Below, one piece after another: positions 42,491 through 51,421 of a DNA stretch of 64,000 nucleotides (positions are counted from its first letter, which is position 1; each line of letters opens with the position of its first letter). The position numbers were made by a program, and so were the translations under genes. Where the stretch lies: the NCBI GenBank assembly GCA_963734535.1, contig CAVTHS010000014.1, positions 224,001 through 288,000 of the forward strand. Reading direction: 5' to 3'. The notes under the pieces were generated by a model. It was not told where the DNA came from, searched no databases, and saw only the letters and a list, made by a program, of their open reading frames with translations. The DNA comes from an uncultured Chloroflexia bacterium. Its GTDB lineage: Bacteria > Chloroflexota > Limnocylindria > Limnocylindrales > CSP1-4.

Positions 42491-43513
42491 ATGCGCATCC
42501 TCGTCACCGGCGCCGCCGGGTTCATCTGCGGCTACCTGGTTCCGGAGCTGCTGGAGGCGGGCCACGAGGTCGTGGGCCTGGACAACTTCAGCAAGTACGG
42601 CCCCGCCCGGCGGAGCTACGACGATCACCCGCGCTACCGCCTGGTGGAGGGCGACGCGAAGGACGTCGACCTCCTGCGGGACCTGGTCCGGGGCTGCGAC
42701 CAGGTGGTGGCCGCCGCCGCGATGATCGGCGGGATCAGCTACTTCCACGAGTTCGCCTACGACCTGCTCGCCGAGAACGAGCGGATCCTCGCCTCGACCT
42801 TCGACGCAGCCATCGAGGCGCACCGACGCGGGGAGCTGAAGCGGGTCGTCGTGCTCAGCTCGTCGATGGTGTACGAGTCTGCGGACGTCTTCCCCACGCC
42901 GGAGGGCGCGCAGGCGAGCTCGCCGCCGCCGGTCTCCACGTACGGATTCCAGAAGCTCGCCTCCGAGTACTTCGCGAAGGGCGCCTGGGAGCAGTACCGG
43001 CTCCCGTACACGATCCTGCGGCCGTTCAACTGCGTGGGGATCGGCGAGCGCCGCGCGGTCCGCGACACGGAGGTGATGAGCGGGAACGTGAAGCTCGCGC
43101 TGAGCCATGTCGTCCCGGACCTGGTCCTCAAGGTGCTGCGCGGCCAGGACCCGCTCCACATCCTTGGCGAAGGCGACCAGGTTCGCTGCTACACGTATGG
43201 CGGCGACCTGGCGCACGGAATCCGCCTGGCCATGGAGTCGGGCGCGGCGATCAACGAGGACTTCAACCTGTCCACGCCTGTCAGCACGACCGTGCTGGAG
43301 CTTGCCGAGGAGATCTGGCGGAAGCTCAATGGCGAGGATCGCCCGTTCCGGTACGTCGCCGATCCGCCGTTCGAGCATGACGTGCAGCACCGCGTTCCGG
43401 ACGTTCGCAAGGCTCGCGAGGTGCTCGGCTTCGAGGCCGCCACCTCGCTCTCCGGGATGCTCGACGAGGTGATCCCCTGGCTCCGCGCCGAGGACGCCGA
43501 CGGTGCCCTCTGA
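42491..43513 (+). CDS. NAD-dependent epimerase / UDP-glucuronate decarboxylase-like
   Basis: VTGAAGFI, SSSMVY, YGFQK, RPFN, QVRCYTY. Confidence 0.9.
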   Translation: MRILVTGAAGFICGYLVPELLEAGHEVVGLDNFSKYGPARRSYDDHPRYRLVEGDAKDVDLLRDLVRGCDQVVAAAAMIGGISYFHEFAYDLLAENERILASTFDAAIEAHRRGELKRVVVLSSSMVYESADVFPTPEGAQASSPPPVSTYGFQKLASEYFAKGAWEQYRLPYTILRPFNCVGIGERRAVRDTEVMSGNVKLALSHVVPDLVLKVLRGQDPLHILGEGDQVRCYTYGGDLAHGIRLAMESGAAINEDFNLSTPVSTTVLELAEEIWRKLNGEDRPFRYVADPPFEHDVQHRVPDVRKAREVLGFEAATSLSGMLDEVIPWLRAEDADGAL

Positions 43514-43517
43514 GCCG

Positions 43518-44275
43518 ATGATCGAGCAGGCCGAGGCGGTGTCTCGCCGCCGCGCCCGAGCTGACGGTCGTCATGCCTGTCTGGAACGAGGGCGAGCGGG
43601 TGGTGCCGACGATCCGGGGGTTCGTCGCGGCGGTCCACACCCCGTTCGAGCTCCTGGTCGTCCACGACATGCCCGAGGACACGACGGTGCCGGTCGTGGA
43701 GCGCCTTGCGGCTGAGATCCCGGGGCTCCGTGCGCACCGGAACGAGCTCGGTCGAGGCGTCCTGAACGCGATGAAGGCCGGAATCGCGGCCGCTCAGGCT
43801 CCCGTACGTCCTCATCACGATGGCAGACGGCTCCGACGACTATGCGAACGTCGATCGCATGGTCGGGCTGGCCCGCGGCGGAGCCGACGTCGTCGCGGCC
43901 AGCCGGTACATGCGCGGCGGGCGGCAGCTGGGCGGGCCGCGGCTGAAGCGGATGCTCTCCCGAACGGCCGGCCTCACGCTCCACTGGTTCGCCGGCGTCC
44001 CGATCCACGACGCCACGAACAACTTCAAGCTCTACAGCCGGCGCTTCCTCGACGCGACATTGATCGAGAGCGAGGCCGGGTTCGAGCTGGCCCTCGAGCT
44101 CTCCGTCAAGGCGACGCTCCAGGGCCGCAGCCTCGCCGAGGTCCCCACCACGTGGCGGGACCGGACCGGCGGGGAGAGCCGCTTCCGGCTCCGGAAGTGG
44201 CTCCCGCACTACCTCAGGTGGTACCGCGCCGCGTTCCGCGGGAGGCTCGGCCGACCTCGCTCAACCCATGCCTGA
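43518..44275 (+). CDS. GT2 polyprenyl-phosphate glycosyltransferase, frameshifted
   Basis: VVMPVWNE, MADGSDD, ASRYM.GG, DATNNFK, R..GES. Confidence 0.82.
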
Positions 44276-44297
44276 GGCGCGGTAGCGAACGAGATGA

Positions 44298-46757
44298 ATG
44301 AAGCGATCGAGTCGAACGCGCCTGTCTCCGCGGCCGCGGCTCCAGGCACGTCCATCGCGCCCGGGGATGTCCCGGTGGGTCGTCCAGACTGCCTCGTCGG
44401 GCTCGCTCGTCAGGTTCGCGACACCGCTGATCGCGCTCGCGATCGCGCTCTCCTCGTTCCTCCTGTTCGCGATCGAGCTGATCGTTGGAAGGCTCGTCCT
44501 CCCGGTCTTCGGTGGCGCACCGGCGTCATGGGCGACGGTGCTCGTCTTCTTCCAGGGAGTCCTGCTACTCGGCTATCTGTACGGACATCTGTCTGCCAGC
44601 AGGCTGGAGCCGCGACGCGCCGCCGCGCTCCACGTGGCGCTGGTAGTCGTCGCACTCGCGGCTCTTGCGCTGGCACCGGCCCAGCTGAGCGCCGTCCACG
44701 ATCCGACCATGCATCCGATCGCGGATTTGCTCAAGACGCTCGTGCTGGTCGTTGGGCTACCGGCGTTCCTGCTCACCACGACCACACCGCTCCTCTCGTC
44801 CTGGTATGCGCGTCTGGGCGGCGCGCGCCCTGACCCGTACTGGCTCTACGCGGCGAGCAACGGCGCCTCGTTTGCAGCGCTCCTGCTCTACCCGCTGGTC
44901 ATCCAACCGGCGCTCGGTCTCACCGACCAGCGATCCAGCTGGTCGACCGGCTTCGTGGTGCTCGGCGGGGTTCTTGTCATCGTCGCGATCATCGCCCAGC
45001 TGGGGATGACCCGGGCCGGTCGAGGGGGCGTAGCGCGGCCGCGCCACCAAGCGGGCACAGCCGAGGCACTTCCCCGAGAGGCTGAGCCGACGGACTCGAC
45101 CGGGCTGCCCGAGGTTCGATCCTCGGGTGGGGCGCTTGAAGGCATCGGAGCCGTGCGCCGGGTGCGCTGGCTCATGCTTGCTGCCATCCCGTCGGGCCTG
45201 CTCGCCGCCGTCACGAACCTGGTCGCCACAGACCTCGTGAGCGCGCCACTCCTGTGGGTCGGCCCGCTCGCCATCTACCTGCTTACGTTCGTGCTCGTCT
45301 TTTCGCCGCGCCTCCGCGTCGTGGTCCCGGCGGCGGTCGGGTTGGCCCCTGTCGCAGTGACCCTGCTCTGGGTCCCGCTCGGCTCGGCGGGCATCTGGCC
45401 CGTTGCCCCGCTCGTCGTCATCGCGTACGTCGGCTTCGCCGTCGTGGCGACCGCGCTTCACGGACGGCTCGCCGACGACCGACCGGAAGCCCGCCATCTC
45501 ACCGACTTCTACCTGGTACTGGCCGCGGGCGGCGTGATCGGTGGCGCCTTCGTCGGAATCCTCGCCCCGGTCGCCTTCTCGGGGATCTGGGAGTTCCCGA
45601 TCCTGCTGATCGCCACGCTTGTTGCGCTGGCGTGGTCGATTCCGGCGTCCGCTTCGAGGACCGAAGGGTCGGTTCCCGACGGTTCTTCCGAGCGGGCGGG
45701 TCGGGCGCCCCGCCGGCTTCGACTCCGACCGTTCGTGTCCGGTGCCCACCTTCGACTGATCCCCTACGGCATTGTGGCCACTCTGCTGGCTCTCGCGATC
45801 GCACCCGTCAGCGGGATCGGCCTCGAGGTGGCCCTCCGGTGGCTCGCGGTCGGAGGCCTCCTGCTCCTGGTCGGGGGCCAGCCACGCTTCTTCGCGCTGG
45901 CGACAGGGCTCGTGCTTGTGCTCGCCACCTTTGTTCTTCCGGGCCCGGTGCGCTTCCAGGAACGTTCGTTCTTCGGGGTGACCCGTGTGCTCGTGGCTCC
46001 GGATGGGCGATCCATCCAGCTGATGCACGGCAATACGCTCCACGGCCTGCAGGCGACGAATCCCGCGCTCCGCCGCGAACCGACGGCCTACTACGTGCGA
46101 ACGGGTCCCGCCGGCGATGTCTTCACGGTTATGCGCGAGCGTGCCGCGGGGCTCGGGCGTCCGATGATCGTGGGCATCGCGGGGCTCGGCGCAGGCGGGT
46201 TGGCGACGTACGCGGAGCTGGGTGACCAGTTCTCGTTCTACGAGATCGACCCCGTGGTCGTCCGGGTTGCCACCGATCCGGCGATGTTCACCTTCCTCGC
46301 GGACACGCCGACGCCGGCGTCGATCGTGCTCGGGGACGCGCGCCTCTCGCTTCGCGCCGTGCCCGACGGCACGCACGACATGCTCGTGATGGACGCATTC
46401 TCATCCGACTCGCCGCCCGCTCATCTCCTGACAGTTGAAGCGATGCGCGAGGCGATGCGCACGCTCGCACCGGGCGGCCTGTTGGTCGTCCACGTGTCGA
46501 ATCGCTACTACGACCTTGCGCCGGCGGTCGCGGGGGCGGCGAAAGCACTCGGGCTCACCTCGCTGCAACGCGCGTACACGCCGTCGACCGCCGATGTCGA
46601 ACGCCTGCTTGCCACCCCGTCCATCTGGGTTGTCGTGGGTCGAACACAAGCCGACGTCGCGCCCCTAACGTCTCGTGGCTGGACCCCGATTGATCCGGCA
46701 TCTCCCCTGACTGACGACAACGCGGACCTTCTGCGTCTGCTCTTCCTCTGGCGTTAG
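44298..46757 (+). CDS. Membrane protein fused to a spermidine-synthase-like SAM-dependent domain
   Basis: N-terminal multi-TM (LPVFGG, DPYWLYAASNG); C-terminal LMHGNTLHG, GLGAG, YEIDP, GDAR, DAFSSD, HVSNR. Confidence 0.85.
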   Translation: MKRSSRTRLSPRPRLQARPSRPGMSRWVVQTASSGSLVRFATPLIALAIALSSFLLFAIELIVGRLVLPVFGGAPASWATVLVFFQGVLLLGYLYGHLSASRLEPRRAAALHVALVVVALAALALAPAQLSAVHDPTMHPIADLLKTLVLVVGLPAFLLTTTTPLLSSWYARLGGARPDPYWLYAASNGASFAALLLYPLVIQPALGLTDQRSSWSTGFVVLGGVLVIVAIIAQLGMTRAGRGGVARPRHQAGTAEALPREAEPTDSTGLPEVRSSGGALEGIGAVRRVRWLMLAAIPSGLLAAVTNLVATDLVSAPLLWVGPLAIYLLTFVLVFSPRLRVVVPAAVGLAPVAVTLLWVPLGSAGIWPVAPLVVIAYVGFAVVATALHGRLADDRPEARHLTDFYLVLAAGGVIGGAFVGILAPVAFSGIWEFPILLIATLVALAWSIPASASRTEGSVPDGSSERAGRAPRRLRLRPFVSGAHLRLIPYGIVATLLALAIAPVSGIGLEVALRWLAVGGLLLLVGGQPRFFALATGLVLVLATFVLPGPVRFQERSFFGVTRVLVAPDGRSIQLMHGNTLHGLQATNPALRREPTAYYVRTGPAGDVFTVMRERAAGLGRPMIVGIAGLGAGGLATYAELGDQFSFYEIDPVVVRVATDPAMFTFLADTPTPASIVLGDARLSLRAVPDGTHDMLVMDAFSSDSPPAHLLTVEAMREAMRTLAPGGLLVVHVSNRYYDLAPAVAGAAKALGLTSLQRAYTPSTADVERLLATPSIWVVVGRTQADVAPLTSRGWTPIDPASPLTDDNADLLRLLFLWR

Positions 46758-48028
46758 CCAGGCCGGAACGCTCCGCCCGAGAGGGCCTGGTGGTGCTGCA
46801 CCGGACGCGCCCACAGGAGAAGGGCGACGCCTGCCGTCGCCGCCAGGATCACGAGCGATCCTGCGATCCCGACCGGGCCACCGAGGGGAATGAACGAACC
46901 CGGGACTGCCGACGGCGGGATCGCGGCGACAAGGTTGGCCGTCGTCGCCACCGCGAGCACAGCCCAAGCCGCCGCGCGGGCTCGACCTGACATCGCGGCC
47001 GCCAGGAAGATCACGGCCCCGTACGAGTAGCGCTCGTGCATCGTCGTCAGGAGACAGAACGCGACGAGCACCGATGCCGCCAGTCCGAGGAGCAGCCCGT
47101 CGCGCGTCGGCCGCCGCAGAACGGCAAGGAACACCGCCAATTCGCCGAGCGCGGCCAGCGCGTACCCGATCAGGCGTGGCGTCAGCGGGCCGATGAGCCG
47201 TCCCGTGTCGGCAAGGAAGTCCCCGCCCGTGGCCGGTTCCTGGACCAGCCACCAGGCATTCCAGGCTCGGAGCGAGAGCACCGCAAATGGTCCGTTCTGA
47301 TAGCCACCGAGATTGTCCAGGTAGCGCGACGGACCGCCGTCGGCGAGGAAGGGGAGCCACACGACGGCCGCCACGCCGCCCGTGACGATCCCAAGGACCG
47401 CGGCCCGGCGCCACCCGTAGCGTCCGAGCGCGTAGGCGGCAAACGGAACAAGAAACGGGAGTGCCTGCGGCTTCGCCATGACCGCCAGTCCAAGGATCAC
47501 CGCGGCCGGGATCGGGCGGTCGGCGAGCACGAGGATCACCGCCAGCAGCCCCAGCAACACGTAGATCGATTCGAACTGCCCCCACCAGGCGCTCACGTAC
47601 CAGGTGAGCGGCAGGAACGCGACGGCCAGCGCCGCGCCGATCGCCCAGCGCGGCCGCGCGCGGAGCAGGTATGCGACCCCGAGCGCGAGCCCGATGTCCG
47701 CGACCGCCGCAGGGAGCTTGATCGCGATCCGCGCCGCGAGGTCACCTGCATCCGTGGCGGTGCCGAAGGCAGGCACGAGATGCGCCAGCGCCCAGAAGAT
47801 GTAGACCATGACCGGCGGGAACGAGAGATCGAGCCGGTACGCGTCCCCGAGCGGGAGCCCCGTCGCGAGCTGATGAACCCACCCGACGAACTGGTCCGTG
47901 TCCGCGCGCAGCCCCACCGCCGGAAGAAGCGCGAGCCGGAGGACGGCCGCGGCGACGAGCCCGACGGTGAGCCAGGCACGCTCGCGGCGGGACCACGCGC
48001 CACTGCTCGCCGGAAGGCCCGCATCCAT
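46754..48028 (-). CDS. GT-C-like membrane glycosyltransferase (ALG6/PMT-related)
   Basis: D...F..W, FPP, IKLP...D, SAWWGQFES, KPQ, TMHERY. Confidence 0.72.
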   Translation of the reverse strand: MDAGLPASSGAWSRRERAWLTVGLVAAAVLRLALLPAVGLRADTDQFVGWVHQLATGLPLGDAYRLDLSFPPVMVYIFWALAHLVPAFGTATDAGDLAARIAIKLPAAVADIGLALGVAYLLRARPRWAIGAALAVAFLPLTWYVSAWWGQFESIYVLLGLLAVILVLADRPIPAAVILGLAVMAKPQALPFLVPFAAYALGRYGWRRAAVLGIVTGGVAAVVWLPFLADGGPSRYLDNLGGYQNGPFAVLSLRAWNAWWLVQEPATGGDFLADTGRLIGPLTPRLIGYALAALGELAVFLAVLRRPTRDGLLLGLAASVLVAFCLLTTMHERYSYGAVIFLAAAMSGRARAAAWAVLAVATTANLVAAIPPSAVPGSFIPLGGPVGIAGSLVILAATAGVALLLWARPVQHHQALSGGAFRPG

Positions 48029-48148
48029 CGCTGCAACAATGGGGTGTGGCGCGCCGGGCGGCAAGCCGCGCGGACGTGCCCGCGGCGCCGTCGACGCCGC
48101 TGTTATCTCCGCGGACGGCGCGGCGCCGTGGACGCCGCACAGCCCGCG

Positions 48149-49225
48149 CTACAGCCTCGACGTCGCCCAGTAGCGCTCCGCGGCGCCCGAACGGCCGTTG
48201 AGCCCGGCAACCTTCGCGCCGTACCCGCGGACCGCGTCCGCCATCGCGCCGGCGCTCCCGAAGAGGCGGTCCAGCTGGCTCTCGTAGAGCCGGATCCCCA
48301 TGATCTTGCGGTCGAGCATGTCCGAGATGTCGGCATACTCGGGCGTGATGGCGATGTCGGAGGGAACGCCTGCCAGGGCGCCGGCAGGCAGGTCCTCGAT
48401 CCGCCGGAAGTCGTCCCACCACGCGTACGGGAAGTCCTCGTACCAGGTGACGATCCCGGCGTACTCCGGCCCCGGCATCACCCAGCGACGGCCGAGCTCC
48501 AGGAGCGCCACGCCCACCTCGCGCACGAGCTGGTGGTCCACGTGATCGCCCACGCCAAGGGGCAGGTAGACCTTCTGCGGCTCGAGGCGCGCGATCTCGC
48601 GCACCAGGAGGTCGATCGGCGCCCGGTCGTCCGCTCGCGGCATCGCGAGAAGCTGGGCGTCGCCGTCGTAGCCACGGAAGACCGCGTCCGGGAGATCCAG
48701 GAAGACGATGGACGCCTCGGCGAAATAGGCGAAGCGCTCGTCCTCCAGGCGTCGAGCGGCCATCAGGTCGCCGCCGGCCTTCGCCTCGACAAGCGTGTCG
48801 GTAAGCACGGCCCCCTGCTGCGAGACGTCGTCCATGAGCGCCTGCCCGGCGAGCGGCCGGTTGTGGACGTCCGCCCGGCGGTACCACGACGAGCGCTGCC
48901 AGAAGCGCTTTGCGGCCGCGTCGGCGTCGGCCTGGGTCGCCTCCATGCGGTCCGCGGTGGCGAGGTACGGCGCATCGACCGCGGGGTCGAGCGGCCGGTC
49001 CGCCCGCACGTTGGAGCGGTTGAACGCCTCGGTCACCGGCCAGATCGCCTTGCTCCCGAAGCCCAGCGCCTCGCGCTGGTACGGCGTCAGCGTGCTCGTC
49101 GCGCCGTTGCCCGAGAAGACCGTGATGATCGTGACGTTCTGCCCGAGCTCGCGAAGGCTTGCGATCAGCCCGCCGCAGGAGAGCGCGACGTCGTCGGGAT
49201 GCGGTGCGACGAAGACGTGGGTCAT
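48149..49225 (-). CDS. PIG-L/LmbE family deacetylase
   Basis: APHPDD..LSCGG, R..ED, DAVFR, HVDH, YEDFPY, YESQ, ERYW. Confidence 0.88.
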   Translation of the reverse strand: MTHVFVAPHPDDVALSCGGLIASLRELGQNVTIITVFSGNGATSTLTPYQREALGFGSKAIWPVTEAFNRSNVRADRPLDPAVDAPYLATADRMEATQADADAAAKRFWQRSSWYRRADVHNRPLAGQALMDDVSQQGAVLTDTLVEAKAGGDLMAARRLEDERFAYFAEASIVFLDLPDAVFRGYDGDAQLLAMPRADDRAPIDLLVREIARLEPQKVYLPLGVGDHVDHQLVREVGVALLELGRRWVMPGPEYAGIVTWYEDFPYAWWDDFRRIEDLPAGALAGVPSDIAITPEYADISDMLDRKIMGIRLYESQLDRLFGSAGAMADAVRGYGAKVAGLNGRSGAAERYWATSRL

Positions 49226-49366
49226 GGCCGGGGAGTATACCGACCGGTCCGCGGTCGCGGCCGCCGCCGAGCGTGGGCCGCGCGGCAGCTCGCTCGCACC
49301 GTCCAGCCGCCCGCCCGCGGCACGCTCTCCGTCCGCTCGCGCGCGCGCCGCCGCGCGCCGTCCGAT

Positions 49367-50033
49367 CTATCTCGTCCAGCCGCCCGCGCCGAGGAGCGGC
49401 ACGAAGACGCAGGGGCCGTGGTTCGTCGTCACCAGGTCGGCGCCGTGCCGCTCGACGAGGATCAGCTCCTGCTCCCACCGACCACCGACCGGGAGCACCA
49501 GCCGTCCGCCGTCGGCGAGCTGCCTGGTGAGCGCATCGGGCACGGCGGGTGCCGCCGCCGCCACGATGATCCGCGCCCACGGCGCCTCTCGTGGCGCTCC
49601 GAGGCTGCCGTCGCCGACCCGGATCTCGACGCGTTCACCGAAGCCGAGTGCCTCGAGCCGCCCGCGTGCCGCCTCGGCGAGCTCCGGGAGCCGCTCGACG
49701 CCGAGCACGTCACAGCCCATGGCCGCGAGCACCGCGGCCTGGTAGCCCGATCCCGTCCCGATCTCGAGCACACGGCCGCCCGGCGGCGGATCGAGCAGCT
49801 GGCTCATCATCGCGACCATCCAGGGCTGGCTGATCGTCTGGCCCGCCCCGATCGAGACTGCCTGGTCCGCGTACGCGAGGCCGGCACTCCCCGCGGGGAC
49901 GAACCGTTCGCGTGGCACGCCAGCCAATCGCGGACAGGACCCGCTCGTTCACGATGCCGCGCGCCCGGAGCTGCCCGCCGATCATCGCGGCGCGAGCCGC
50001 ATCGAACGTGCGCGGGTCAACCGGCCGATCCAC
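49367..50033 (-). CDS. pcm: Protein-L-isoaspartate O-methyltransferase (N-terminal frameshift)
   Basis: QLRARGI, VPRERFVP, AYAD, GQTISQP, VLEIGTGSGYQAA, GDGSLG, FVPL. Confidence 0.92.
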
Positions 50034-50074
50034 GACCCGAGGATACGACGAGGGTTCGCGCGACGGCACGCGTT

Positions 50075-50430
50075 ACCAACCGGACCGGCCACCCGGTTGG
50101 TGTTGCACTGCCGGCAACAAACCGCCGGCAAGGCGCTCGTGGCGGACGGTCGCGGACCCCTGGAGACCCTGCCAGCGTGAATTCGGGGCGTTCGAAGGGC
50201 TCGTCCACCTCGGATGGTGCCCGGCGTGCAACAGAACGCCTGTCTGCCCCGCCGATCTCCGCGCCGGCTGACGTCGAGCCTGCCGTAACGCCGGTTTGTT
50301 GAATCCAGTGCAACGGCCACCGTGAGCCCTCGCATCGGGCCTGCTCGCCGGGCGCAACGGCCGCCGTGAGCCCCGCGTTCGAACAGAGAGATCGGCGGGA
50401 CCGCCGGGCGCAACGGCCGCCGAACAGGCG
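50075..50430. repeat. Structured intergenic region with long-range inverted repeats and three short direct repeats
   Basis: 50102-50124 vs 50292-50314 (19/23 complementary); GCAACGGCC(A/G)CCG at 50310, 50354, 50410; hairpin at 50075-50101. Confidence 0.55.
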
Positions 50431-50577
50431 CTCACCCCGGGGCGCCGGGCCGGGCCACCCGCCAACGGAGGCAGCCGGCCCCGGTGGCATCAGATCGGCC
50501 GCGACGATGCCTCCGGCCTGGCTACGTGCTCGGCGAAGGCGGCAGCGACGCGCTCGCCTCTGCGCCTCGGCTTGCTA

Positions 50578-51216
50578 CTAGCTGGGCGAAGGCGCCGGGG
50601 ACGCGCTCGGTTTCGGCGACGCGCTCGGCTTGGGCGTCGCGGACGCGGCGGCGGACGGGCCTGCGGAGGCGCTCGGTGCGGCGGACGCCTGGGGGCTCGC
50701 GGCGGGCGACGCGGATGCGCTCGGCGCCACCGACGCGGCAGGCGCCACCGACGCGACCGGCCTCGGCGTCGGGATCGGCGTCAGGACGCCGCCCTTGCCC
50801 AGCACCACCGCATTCAGGAGGATCAGCACGAAGACGGCGATGACGCCGATCACGAAGATCCCCGACGCACGGTCGTCGACGTGCACCGCGATGTCGGACG
50901 CGGTCTGGGCTCGTGCCGGCGTGGCGGGCCCCCCGCCGCGAGGGCCACGGCCCGGTGCGCGGCTGGTGGCGCTTGCTCGCCCGGCGCGCGCGGTGGTCGA
51001 CGCGACCGCGGCGGCTCCGGTGACCTCTTCGGGCTCCGTGAACGCGGCATCCTCGCCGTCGGTCTCGTCGTCGAGCGCCGAGTCCGCGCCGTTCTCGTCG
51101 TCGAGCGCCGAGTCCGCGCCGTTCTCGTCGTCCGGCTGGGCGCCGTCGTCGAGCGCCTCGTCGTCGGGCGTCCCCTCCGGGAGCGCGCCGTGCGCGCGGT
51201 CGTCCGGCTCGGTCAT
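50578..51216 (-). CDS. Single-pass membrane protein with acidic N-terminus and Ser/Pro/Ala-rich C-terminal tail
   Basis: Asp/Glu-rich N-terminus, one TM (IFVIGVIAVFVLILLNAVVL), repeated SASP/ASVAP units. Confidence 0.6.
   Translation of the reverse strand: MTEPDDRAHGALPEGTPDDEALDDGAQPDDENGADSALDDENGADSALDDETDGEDAAFTEPEEVTGAAAVASTTARAGRASATSRAPGRGPRGGGPATPARAQTASDIAVHVDDRASGIFVIGVIAVFVLILLNAVVLGKGGVLTPIPTPRPVASVAPAASVAPSASASPAASPQASAAPSASAGPSAAASATPKPSASPKPSASPAPSPS
51063..51132. repeat. 30-bp in-frame tandem repeat, ~2.3 copies (DDENGADSAL)
   Basis: TCTCGTCGTCGAGCGCCGAGTCCGCGCCGT repeated exactly. Confidence 0.9.
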
Positions 51217-51421
51217 CGTGCTGCGTCACTCCATCCATGGGCGCCGCCGGGCGGCGGCGAACGCCGGGCACCGCGGATCCCGCGAGCCGGCGCCGGGGGT
51301 TGAGTGTACCGGAGCCCGGCCCGTGTGCGTGCGGAGTCGTCGGCGAGGAGTCGCCAGGCCGTCATCCACGCTCGAGACGCCCCCGAACGCACCCACGCGA
51401 GGCCGCGCCCCCGGCTCCCGA

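Noticed and set aside
50310-50425. Three short direct repeats as a mini CRISPR array
   Set aside because: Repeats are short and unequal, spacing is irregular (44 and 56 bp), and no cas genes are in the window
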